Source: Octopus sinensis (lineage: Eukaryota). Taken from it: a stretch of DNA of 64,000 nucleotides. The notes under the pieces are model-generated. The model made no database searches. It saw nothing but the letters and a program-made list of their open reading frames with translations, and had not been told where the DNA came from. A program made the translations under genes and the position numbers. Where the stretch lies: the NCBI RefSeq assembly GCF_006345805.1, contig NW_021835997.1:248001-312000 (forward strand), given 5' to 3'. Shown here in pieces: positions 1-11,729 of this stretch (positions are counted from its first letter, which is position 1; the number at the start of each line of letters is the position of its first letter).

Positions 1-36
1 GTGTCATTTAAACATATCATTTCACAATAATAAGAA

Positions 37-2666
37 ATGTGGAATAAAAAGTAAAAATAATTTATTTAAATTTAGAAAAAAATGGAGTACGAACGATCTG
101 ATCGTAGATAAAAAGCTACACAGAACAAGTATCTTGCAAAATATTTTGTACTTTGCAAAAAACGAAATTTTTTATGACAAGCTTATCGGTGAAGGAAAAT
201 ATGGAAAAGTATATTTGGTTTTTATTAATCGTAATCTTATTTTTATAGGGAAAGATTCTCAAAACAAATGAAATAGTCGCAATCAAAGAAGTAAAATGGC
301 TGAAAGACGATTTGACTTCTTCATCCATTAAAGAGGTTAAATATTTTAAATAACCCAAAAGGTCTCAATTTGGAATAAATTACGACATCCAAATATTTTG
401 CTGTTTTTTGGCATAATTAAAGATCTGGAACATATTTCGATGGTGATTGGTTTTCATTTGTTTTTATTCTACAGAATATGCCAGTGGAGGATCGTTGGAA
501 CAATTGTTACTAAATTCAACTATAAACATTACGTTAAAACGTAAGATCGATATATCAGTCGATATCGCATGTGGAATGGTTTGTACTAATATGTAATCTA
601 TTCGTTAGAAGTATTTGAACAATCAAAATATTATGCACAGAGATCTGAAATCGGATAATTGTCTGATTAAAAAAGTACAATTAGTACATTAAAATATGTA
701 AAGAACGGAGTTGTGGTTGTTGCTGATTTTGGACTGTCCAAAACGTTTTATGAAAATATTTACGAATCTTCACAAGGTCGAAATTCAGTCGTGGGAAGTG
801 TATTCTATATGGCTCCAGAAATACTAAATGGGATGGAATACAATTATAAAGCTGATGTTTATTCATTTGGGATTATTCTATGTGAGGTATCAATAAACCA
901 TGTTGAAATTTTTTAGCTAATTAATAGAGTTGGCAGCGACCCTGACGTTCTTCCAAGAAATGAAAATTTTTTAGTCAACGTTGATATTTTTAGAAATGTA
1001 TATAAACAAGCATATCCTTCCGTGTTACTTGACCTTGTAGAATTTTGTTGTGCATATGAAAATTCCAAAAAGTAGTTTATACAGTACCGCTCAAATGTTT
1101 CGGACCACCCTATTTTTCTCAATTTCCAAGTCAATCCTAAATTATTTTTATACGGTTCTTTAGAGAAACTTATTAGATAAGCTTAAATACATTTATTCTA
1201 TTCTAAAATTTTCTTTAAATATTTTTGTTTGGCGCCAATTGAATATAATTGATTTTGACTCGATCATATGTTCCGGACCAGTTGCAATCATATGTTTCGA
1301 ACCAGTTAAATCTCTTTAAATTTAAATAATTTTTGATTCAATTAAAAACAAAAGACTAATAAATAACAAATGCCGCGTGTTTCACTGGTTGATCGGGTCG
1401 CTATCATCACTTTTTTTAAAGATGGAGCTTCACAAAGAGAAATTGCCGAAAAATTAAAAATATCCAAAACTGCTGTTCAAAGAACAATTTCCAGATATTC
1501 ATCCGTTGGACTATATTCCGACAGACCCAAATCTGGTCGACCGAGATTGTTATCCCCAAGATCTGAACGCAAATTAGTGAGAATTTCGAAAGCAGACCCC
1601 ACAAAAACGGCAAATCAAATTAAATTTGATATGAAATTAAATTCTATTGTAAGCACAAATACAATTAAAAGATGCCTACAAAGAAATAATTTGAATGGGC
1701 GAAAGCAATGCCCAAAACCAAGTCTTTCCATATGCCATAAAAAGGCTAGAAAAAATTGGTGCATTGAGAAATTAACTTGGAGCCAAAATGATTGGGGTAA
1801 AATTATTTTTAGTGATGAATGCAAAATAAATTTGCATTCAAACACAAAAAATTATGTTAGAAGGCCACCAAACTCTAGATTTGACTCAAAATATTGTTTA
1901 AAAACACGAAAATTTTCTCCTAGCATTATGGTCTGGGGAGCTATTGCTGCAAATGGATGGAGAAACATTGTCTTATGCATTAAAAATGTTGATTCCGCAG
2001 AGTATCAGAGAATTATAAATGTTGGACTCGAAAATTTTTATGATGAGACCATGTATCTCCAGCAAGACGGCGCTCCTTCCCATCGGTCCATGTCGACAAT
2101 GAATTTTTTTCAAAGGAAACAAATAAAAATCTTAGAAACTTGGCCGAGCCAGTCACCCGAACTGAATATTATTGAAAATATGTGGTCGGTACTAAAACAA
2201 AAACTTTATGATCTGGAACCAAAAGATCTTCCAGAGCTCTGGAATTTGACCAAAAAAATTTGGTACGAGATTGATAATTCGTACATTGAAAAATTATACA
2301 ATTCACTTCCAGAGCGAATAAATGCTTTTATAACGAACAACGGAGGAAATATTAATTATTAACTTTTTATAAGTTTAATAAATTTTCGGTTTTTTTTAAA
2401 CTGGTCCGGAACATATGATCGAGTATAAAATCGATAATTTTAAAATTGCGCCAAACATGAATATCTGTCCAAGTTTTTAAAATAGAATAAATGTGTTTAA
2501 GCTTATCTAATAAGTTTCTCTAAAGAACCGTATAAAAATAATTTAGGATTGACTTGGAAATTGAGAAAAATAGGGTGGTCCGAAACATTTGAGCGGTACT
2601 GTATATAAATATTAAAAGCCTGAATTTTACGAAATTTTGAAAATTTTGGAATCTTTAAAAAATTAA
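37..2666 (+). CDS. TESK/LIM-kinase-like protein kinase, kinase domain only; last intron contains the Tc1 element
   Basis: Hand splicing of 23-31 nt GT-AG introns (e.g. 51-75, 218-248) gives GEGKYGKV, VAIK, HRDLKSDNCLI, DFG, VVGSVFYMAPE, DVYSFGIILCE and SDPDVLPR (TESK/LIMK-like ADPDYLPR). The last exon PEFYEILKILE (2619-2666) joins in frame only if the A5 run at 1067-1071 has one more A, which would be an indel or an assembly error. Confidence 0.8.
1082..2601 (+). mobile_element. Tc1-family DNA transposon, full length, long IR/DR-type TIRs, TA target duplication
   Basis: CAGTACCGCTC... termini; the outer ~105 bp are identical and ~200 bp form an imperfect inverted repeat. TA at 1080-1081 and 2602-2603. 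One intact transposase ORF. Confidence 0.97.
1370..2362 (+). CDS. Tc1 transposase (paired-like HTH + DDE), DD35E spacing
   Basis: 330-aa ORF with GRPR, FSDECK, QQDGAPSH and WPSQSPELNIIE; 35 residues between the second D and the E. Confidence 0.96.
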   Translation: MPRVSLVDRVAIITFFKDGASQREIAEKLKISKTAVQRTISRYSSVGLYSDRPKSGRPRLLSPRSERKLVRISKADPTKTANQIKFDMKLNSIVSTNTIKRCLQRNNLNGRKQCPKPSLSICHKKARKNWCIEKLTWSQNDWGKIIFSDECKINLHSNTKNYVRRPPNSRFDSKYCLKTRKFSPSIMVWGAIAANGWRNIVLCIKNVDSAEYQRIINVGLENFYDETMYLQQDGAPSHRSMSTMNFFQRKQIKILETWPSQSPELNIIENMWSVLKQKLYDLEPKDLPELWNLTKKIWYEIDNSYIEKLYNSLPERINAFITNNGGNINY

Positions 2667-2829
2667 ATTTCGTTTTTTTTGAATTTTTATAATTTTTGCT
2701 TATAATTTTTTGATTGTTCAAAATTATTTAGATACACTTGTAAACTAAAAATAGAAATAATCAAAAAATTTAAAGAAATCAATTTGCTTATTACATGTAA
2801 ATTTCCGAGAATTGAATTAATTAAGTTAA

Positions 2830-3310
2830 TATTATTTAATTGATGTTAATCCGACCGTTTTCCGTTGGAGGTTAATCTCCTTCTTTTAGAGAAGGAAGTA
2901 ACCAACACCACTCTTTGATCCTCTGTCTCCAAGTTAGTTACGACTCTTTTTCCCTCATTCTACATATTAACTTTGTACAAATGACTTGCTTCAATTAAGA
3001 GACTAATGGGTGAATTTATCTCCTCATCAGTGATTCTGATCCCATGCCTATGCTCAACAATCATACTCTCCAATGCTTTCTTTAATACAACTGATTGTAT
3101 ATAAGACTGAGTTGCGTCTTCGATAGCCAACTTTTCAATGTATTTCTTAAAAAACTTAGAAACAAGCACGTCCCAAGTCAAAATCAGTGGAATTATTTTC
3201 ACTTGAGCGTCGTACAAAATGGACAACTTCCCTGTCAATAGATCGTATTTATGGCATTTCTCAACCTCGACCTGCTTCAGGCGGTCAATATGCTTACATA
3301 AATATAATTG
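2830..3310 (-). mobile_element. Degenerate 3' fragment of an RLE-type (R4/Dong-like) non-LTR retrotransposon
   Basis: DRLKQVEVEKCHKYDLL...VKIIPLILTWD...YIQSVVLKKALES resembles the C-terminal restriction-like endonuclease region of these elements. Confidence 0.7.
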
Positions 3311-3756
3311 AAACTAATTTTCTTTTTCTGCATTCTCCATCTCACCAAACATGGCAAACATTTGATAGCGTCATTAGAGAGCGGAATTAACAAACAGATT
3401 CATAAACATATCGAAATATTCAAGAGACTTCACAAAAAAGTACAACCTCGAATTCAAAATCTACGATTTTGTAAATTTTTGGCAGTTATTACAAAAACAA
3501 CAAACTTCAATTTTTCTAACAAAACAGTTAATTTGTTTAATTTCCCTAGTGACTAACTTTATTTTTTTCATATAGAATTTGTTCCAGAATGTATATTAAA
3601 ACACAATCACATTTTTTGTTTAATTTATATGATATAATTACTTCCCATTTATAGTAAATAACACAAAACGATGGATTGAGTTCAAAACTATCACTTTGAC
3701 AAAATTCTTCATATAAACTAATTAATTGAAAAAATATATCAAAAAAGATTTTAAAA

Positions 3757-6700
3757 CTACCAATCAAAACGATCGACAATATCAGAGACTTCCTTCAAAT
3801 CTTTTCTAGCCTTAACTCGCATATAGAAAATAGGACAATCACGACTAAAACATACAAACAACAACCCACTTTGAACATATAACTTGATCATGAAAACTCC
3901 CCTGACATCGCTGGCACTCAACCCACAATGTAGAAAACCGTTCTTCTAACTGTCTCATCTGGCGGATATCTTCATTTGAGGAATACTGATTCCTCATATC
4001 CTCACAATTGTCACATAGAGCTCGACTACCTTCTGTCCAAATAAACCATAAGTGACCCTTCATTAGGACACGACACTTTAAACATGAAAACGACTTCTTT
4101 ACGAAGCTCATCAACCCTCCAACTTTAGATGTCATAATTTTCTTCTGATTGACATGTTCGGCAGCTTAACTATCACAATTATAGAACTTACCAAAAAGGA
4201 TTGACTCGGTCTTTGCCCCCAAGATTGGCTCAACAATTCGTAAAATTGGTTTTTTGAGTTGATTGTTGAGGTAATAATCAGTGTCGATAGGAATGTTGTT
4301 CTCCAGGACATACAAAGGGTCCTTAACCATCATTACTAAACAGAACCTCTGATTTTAAATATGCTGCTGTCCCTTTAGTCCCAGCAATGATCACATACTG
4401 AACACGGTCCCCGATTTTTGGAGCAGTCCCAGGATCCCTCTTTTTCATTCTAAACCATCAATAACAAAATCAAACCGAGCTGCCAATTCTACATGAGCTT
4501 GTTTGCCAGCATATTCTTCCTTGTGAGCTCTCTGGATATCACAAGATGAGAAATATCCACTTTATTACTCAACAACTCAGAAATTGTCTTCTTCACGTGA
4601 TTTAGAGTCTCCTCAGGATCTCTGCCAATCAGACCATATATCAGAGGTTTCCAAGCTTTTTTTTACGCGCCTCCCTTAGAGAAAAAGTACAATCTTGCGC
4701 CTCCCTTTATATTCCATAATATAATACAATTATTATTTTATCAAAAACAATTTTTTAAAACAAAAAGTTAATGAGATAATTTTTTTTCCATCTTGGCGCA
4801 AAGTTTTTCAAATCTTGGTGTCATCGCAGAGAGTGCTACTCTTAGCTCATTAGTCACTACTAAACGAGTTCGATATTTAGATTTAATTGCAGCTAGTGCA
4901 GAAAATCCAGTTTCGCATAAATATGAAGTAGCAAATGGCAACAAAACTTTCATTGCTTTATTCGACAAAATTTCATATTCCGTTCTTACATTCAACCAAA
5001 AAGAAATTAGCGGTTCTCTCTCAAATTTTTGTTTCAATAATGTATCGCATGACAATTCTATCAATTTTTCTTTTTCAAAAGTTGTCAATGCAAATTGATT
5101 ATCTTCTTCATCAATAAATGGATTCTGTATCCATTCGAACATTTTACAGTCGAGATCTTTAAAATAGTGAGCAAAATGCTTCAACAAACAATCCAAATGT
5201 TCAGCAAATATGTCTTTGTTTGCTTCAATGTTCACTATGGCGCAAAAGGTGTTTAAAAGTGGAAACATGTCATAGATATTTTTTTGTATATTTGATTTCC
5301 ATAATACCAATTTTTTCATAAATGCTTTTATTTTGTCCTTTTGAGAGAATAAATGTAGTTGTGGTCCCTGCATTGATTTATTCAATATACTCAATTTCCC
5401 AAAAATGTCAACTAAATAGGCAAATTTGACAATAAAGTCATCATCCCTGAACAACTTTGCATCTTCAATATCATTTTCATCAAGAAAATCTGCAACTTGA
5501 TCTTTGAGTTCAAACACCCTTCTAATCACTTTTGCACGAGATAGCCAGCGTACCTCACAATTGCAGAATAATAGATCTTCTATTATTGTACTTTCTTCAG
5601 CATATCTGACATATGCAATTAAATGTGCATTTTTATTTATGTCAGCTCCCTCATCAACTTGTATAGCAAATTTACAGTTACGTAGTCGAGAAACCAACTG
5701 ATCACAAAGATCTTCAGATATGTCATCAATTCTTCTAGCGACTGTGTTATCAGCAAGCGGTATTTGCTGTAATTGTTTTGCATAGGATTCGCCAAACATT
5801 GCTTCAACCATATCGATAGCTGCTGGCAAAACTAGAGTTTCTCCGATATTGTGCGGTTTCTTGCATTTTGCAATCCTGTAAGAAACTTTGTACGATGCTA
5901 GTAAAGCATTTGAAGAGACAGAAACAAGTTTTTTTAACGATTTCGTTTGGTTATCAAACTCTTCTAATTTTCTTTTAAAAATTCTTCAGACTTATGGACA
6001 TGTTCAGAATGCATCGTTTCAAAATGTCTTCTTAATTTGCATGGCCTCATACTATCTGCTGCAAGTGTTTTGAGGCAAAGCAAACAGAGGGGTTTTTCCA
6101 TAGAATCAACAAAGATACGTGTGAATCCTAACAATAAGTAAGATGGAAAGTATTTTCTTGTCTTTGGAGTGGTATTGATTATATTCCAATCATTTTGATT
6201 TTTTGAACCATCGTCAAAATCTTTATTATTCGTGAATTTTCTTTTGCAACCACTCAAGAATTTATTCATGTGTTAAAATTATTTAATTGTCTAATAAATT
6301 AAATAAATTTTTGAAAAAATATAATTTTTAAATTAATAACTCTTATTATCGGAATATAGTCACGTTTTTTACATAGATATAATTTTCTAAAAAATGTTTC
6401 TGAAATACTTTTCGCGCCTCCCTTGACACGAGTCAACGCCTCCCTAGGGAGGCGCGCCTCCCCATTTGGAAACCTCTGCCATATATAATGACCTGTTCAC
6501 TAAAATTATCCTCAGACAGTCAGAAATCAGATTTACCACCAACGTGCAGTTGTCTCTGCTCACATTCTCAATTCCCTTACAGTCAATCTGGTCAGATTCA
6601 TAGTCAGTCTTGTCTTTTCTGTACGATCCCGCTGGAAATACAACTCCCGCGTAACGTTTTTTACTTATTAGAAGATATGGGTAATAAATATGGTTTAAAA

Positions 6701-9392
6701 ATATGAATAAATATACTTTTTCGAATTCCAAATTGATTGGAGGGGGAAATCGGGAGGAGACATACTTGGCTGCCTCAAAACCCATTTCCATGGTCCTTTG
6801 GACATCTTGAAAGCCAAACCGACACATCACCGAGTCAGTATCTCCGTAGATAACCTTAGTATCAAACTCATATCCATTTCGAATATTATATTTAAGTCCA
6901 ATTTCATTTTTAGTCATTTCGATCATTTCTCGATCATAAGATGTCACACTCTGCAATTTTGAATAGAAAAAAGTTCACACTTAAGATATTTCCAAACAAG
7001 GAAGACGCCCGTTTTATGCCCCAGTGAACCCATAGACAGAATTAGCCGAGAGTTTTAAAGCAAGTTGTCTCCCATCTAGAATTTGTCTCCGAACTGGATC
7101 TGTCTCTGATTTGAGCTCAAATTTAGCTCTAAAATATATTTCGACCTCAAAACACTTTTTTATAGCTTTTAGCAAATCTTCAAGAATCTCAGGAAGAAGA
7201 CCTTTCTGAATATTGCTTCGAACAAACTTATTTCCGGTCGGCGACACCTCATAGTCTACCACAGAGAGCCTTCACACATAAAACACCCACAACCCTTCAA
7301 ATGAACTCCCAAGAAGAGTCGAATAGCACAAGTTATGAGCTATCATTATCGAAGGATACAACGAAGTAAAGTCCAATGTGGCAATTGGGTAATTAAAATA
7401 ACTTAAATTAGCAAAAAGACCCCCAAAACCCTTTCACAGACTCAATAACTGTGGCTCCTGTGAACTCCTCGTCTCCACTGCCCTTCAAATTAGGAATGAG
7501 AGTGCTACGTGCTCGACACTGCCAATAAATAACCCAAAAAACACTTTTCTGAGCAGTTGAGACACAACTTTGATTTGCTGCCCTCTTTTAAAGATATACG
7601 AAATAGGAATTCCTGTCACTCTGGCCATTTCAACGAGGTTAACCAGCAGCATTAGCTTATCCAACACCTTTAAGGGCAGACGGGCATCTTTGAGGCAATA
7701 CATGGCTAATCTTCTTCTCGTTTGCTCATCTCCGTTCTACTTTTACTCAGAAATATATAATGCCTGTAAATCTGATATAATCGAGTGTTTGACATCATCT
7801 TTCTGCTCTCCTAGAAAGTGGAAGGAGACTGAATTCAGATTGTATGACCGAAGTTTGTGATCTCGTAGAATAACCTGGAAATTGACCACTTTGAGACCAC
7901 CCAATACACGTCGAGGATCACTCTTCCTTCAATATTTATAAATTTGGAATCATGACGACCCATTTGTTTGGATTGGATGGACGAGTCCTTCACAACCGTC
8001 CTAGAATGGACTTGCCTGTATATACTTTGTGTCTTTTATCCTTCCGAGAAATGGAAACCTGGCCAAACGGAGTGCCTCGGCTCTGGAAGGCAGGTAGTAA
8101 ATGTCAAAGTTCTCTATATTGTAGCCCGTTTCACATCTGGGTCATATTTCTGCACTAAATCAGCCCAACTCTGAGGGAATGGACAACTATAGGCTTAACT
8201 TGGAGGAGATCGGACTCCGTTTGGAAGGAAATGACTGTCGCTCCTATAATTGGGGGACATGCTGATAAAGTGAATATTAGATTGGTTTCTGACTGCTGAT
8301 CTGAGTTGTATGACTTTAAAACATTTGCTATCTGAATTACTGGGTCTTGGGAAGGCTGTTTGAAAAATACCTACAAATAATTAATTTAATAATATTATTT
8401 AAAGTATTATTTTTTAAATATATTTTGAATGATAATAAAATATAAAATCTACTAAAACAATGTGGTAACCTTTTCTTCCAGCACATTCAATGTCGAAACT
8501 CAAAATACGAAGAGGAGAAATCGCCTCCCACTGACTATCTACAGCCGGATAAGCCTTAATTCTTGAATAGTCCACATCAATCTCCACAGAACAGCGAGAA
8601 ATACACTCCTTTGGATCCCTCTGAGTGAAATACCGAGAATCAATCTCACACCAACAACACCCAGTCATGTCCAAATCAATCATAAAGCTGTTATTTATAT
8701 ATAAGAGGCCGTCTAACCGTATCTCGATAGACACATCGGACTCGAAGATTTGGTAGAAATGACTTTGCTTGTCCCCAAAGGTAAATCCATTCTCGAGAAG
8801 GCGTTTGCCGACGTTGACGTAGTTTATGTTGGTAAATGTAATTCAAATAAATTTTTTATTTTTGTTTGATTGATATCCAAATATATCTTAATTAATTATT
8901 TATTAAATTAATATAAATAAATAAAATTAACTTTGTTTGAATTCAATGTCGACGTGGAGAACAGAAAAATCATGATCCTATAGATTTTTGAAATTGGTGA
9001 GTATTTTTGAGTAAAATTCATTCTATACATATTTCAAATATGTATTTTACTTCAAAAATAAAGCAATCTTCAGTTTCAAAACCTTCTGGTGCGAGTACAT
9101 AGAAATAGGGGAAATATCCGTGGGCATGGACTAGTATGCTCAGCCCCTCTGCAGTCGAGCCATAAAGCCGGATTATGGGGACAGATCCGGCCATGACTTA
9201 ACTGGAATAAGCGGGATTTGCTCTGCCTGATTGTAGATATTAAATTATACCAATGTAGTGGTCTATTTCGAATTGTTGGAAGGTCAATGTTTGGTTTGTT
9301 AATTTATGTTGTTCTATGGGACGAGAATATTTGTTAAAATTATATTTATTTTCATATTTGTGTCCATTTGGTAGTTTATTAGTCAAACTCAT
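3757..9392 (-). pseudogene. POLD1: DNA polymerase delta catalytic subunit pseudogene (about 20 micro-introns, hAT inside one intron)
   Basis: Exons give [42 protein letters not shown] and the C-terminal CysA/CysB motifs. In-frame stops at 9198-9200, 8978-8980, 8843-8845, 7014-7016 and 6981-6983. Frameshifts near 8360, 8135 and 4520. Confidence 0.93.
4642..6478 (-). mobile_element. hAT transposon, Buster/Charlie group, internally deleted (non-autonomous)
   Basis: TIR CAGAGGTTTCCAA at both ends; 8-bp TSD CCATATAT (4634-4641, 6479-6486) with central TA. BED-finger ORF 5964-6269 and transposase ORF 4768-5829. EDLLFC is fused directly to CEVRWLSR, so the second catalytic Asp region is missing. 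Confidence 0.95.
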
Positions 9393-9554
9393 GGTCAACC
9401 ACTACACAATTATGAATTTAAATATTGCGCCATCCATTATTAATTAAATATATTTTAATCAAATTTTAATTTATTATTTGTCACAGGCTTGAAAGGACCC
9501 CCAGACTTGAAGGGACCTACCCTAATTAGATATTTCATATACTTAATAATAAAA

Positions 9555-11720
9555 ATGCTGTTTGTCTCGACTATAGGCGAGTTGTCGCATAGCCGTTGAA
9601 TTTGACAAGGAGAAAAGTTGCGATTTTCTCAGCGTCCTTTTCCCCCTCTTCAGCCATCTATTCCCCACCAAACAGAACACAACCAGCAGATTGAGACAAT
9701 TATTGAAGAGTATGCACGAGAGTGTCTTTATTAGCTGGTGTAAACCTGTCCATCACGATAAAACGAGTTTCACCCAGTTTGTCGCGTATAAAGTGCTTGT
9801 CTTCCACGTATGTATATATTTGTCGGACTGCCCGACTCAAATCCGCACAACTTGAGTCCTACACATCAAATGAGAAACTACCGCAAGTTTTCCAACGCAA
9901 AAATCCCCGTTAAATAAGAACATGAAGACAAGTCGAGTCGATTAATCACGGAAGTGTCTGAATTGTCGAGAATTGCAACCAATCTTCCACGAAATGTCAA
10001 AATGTCTCCCTGCAAGTAAATTTGGAGTTAAACGGTCATTTTCGCAAGCGAACTCTTGGAGCTAATTCCGTAGCGTTCTTTGAGAATATAATCGGAAGAA
10101 GACATCACTGGCGAGTGACAGGCCACCACTCGAATGGCCGCATGGTGTTCCCCGGTCCAATCATTTCCTACAACCTCCATCATTAAAATAAACCAATTGG
10201 TGTCGAATGAAGACCCAAAACTGCAATGATAATCCAAAAGTCACAAAAAAGGAAATAAAGAGAAGGGTGATCAAGCACGTGAATCAGAGCTATGATCTGC
10301 CAAAAAAACCCATACAGGTGACCTTAGCAATTGTGAGGATGAGAGAATTTATTTTGTGGGTCAGTATACTCCTCTGATACTCCTGTATACGAGGACTTAT
10401 CAGCGATGACCCTGATTTGACAAAAATCTGTAAAAGTCTCATTAAAAGCCTCCAAAACGACATCAAACCTTCAATAAAATAAGCACAAAAACCTATCACT
10501 ATCGACTTGTACAACTTGTAGTGTGCCTGATTACTGGCAGATTAGGTGGGTGAGGGACTCCCCCAACGTCCTCCCCATTGTCCACAACATTCTCCTCACA
10601 CACTCCAAGACCCCACAAATCCACGTCTTCAAACGTGCACAAACAGAGGAATTAAAGTCGATGGAGCAAGTGAACAGTGAGTGTAGTCCGGATGAATTAT
10701 TGCTCCATTTCTGTGAGAAGAGACGGGCGGAGAAAGTGCCGAGAGTGTGTAGTGGGGATGTGTCGAGGAGGCCATTGGAGGTGGGTGTGATTGGGGCGTG
10801 GCTGGGAGAAGACAGTGTACAGATGACAGAACTGTGGGAGACACTCGGACTACTCAATCGCCAGAGTATGTTGAGTAACATGTCCCAGTCCTCGCTTGAT
10901 TGGGCGACTGGAGGACATTTGCAGAGGATATGAACAGTACGGCAAGTATTTGTGGGAGACCAAGCAGGAGAGCATAAGAAAGCTGAACAGTCTGCTCAAC
11001 TCAGTGCGGATGAATGTATGTGCATGTGAGTAATGACAGAGAAGACAAACACTGCGACACGAATATAATCACGCTTATCTACCACACGTACTTCACTCGA
11101 AAGGCCCATCTCTTCCACGGGTTGTCGGCTGACTTGCAAATAATCCGATCGAATGTCGACAAGTTCAAAGGACTGACCAGCATGTTGAGGAGTTGAGTGT
11201 TCCAGTTATAATTCAGGCGACTTGCAGCCACTCGCCGATAACCAGGCCGAGAGGATAGTCTTTGGCCATGTCTACAACATGTTCCCTCCCAACACGGACG
11301 AGTGCACTCGTCAACACATTAAAAGTCTTCCTCATCACGTCATCCTCGCTCCCGAGTTGAGGCACTTGGCCCACTGTCCTTGGTTTATGGCTGAGAGGGA
11401 GTTATTCCGTATTAATTCCTCCAAAGTAATCATCCCACCCTACCTAGACCCCCCGAGACAAAATTAAGTGTGTGGTGCAAATGACGCGAGTAATCACTGC
11501 CATTCTGGCTACCCACAACACACCGACTTGTGCCGACATGCTCTTCCCCGTCATTATATACGTCATTTGCAAGGCCAACCCACCACACTTGCTCCACAAC
11601 TTGCACTTTGTCCGCTCATTCGGAGACCTCACTGGGGAGAACAACTACTGCTGGACTCAGTTCTGCATGGCTGTGACCTACACCACAGAGAGCTTGATTA
11701 ATGAAAAGAACTTGTTTTAA
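9555..11720 (+). CDS. GAPVD1: Compact GAPVD1/RME-6-like Rab5 GEF (VPS9 domain; RasGAP-like N-terminus tentative); intactness uncertain
   Basis: The spliced 3' exons give CPWFMAERELFRINSSK-TPRDKIKCV...ADMLFPVIIYVICKANPP...GENNYCWTQF, matching the GAPVD1 C-terminus. AVEF...SCDFLSVLFPLFS near 9590-9660 resembles its RasGAP-like region. The 5' exon structure could not be resolved. Confidence 0.7.
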
Positions 11721-11729
11721 CAGCTAATG

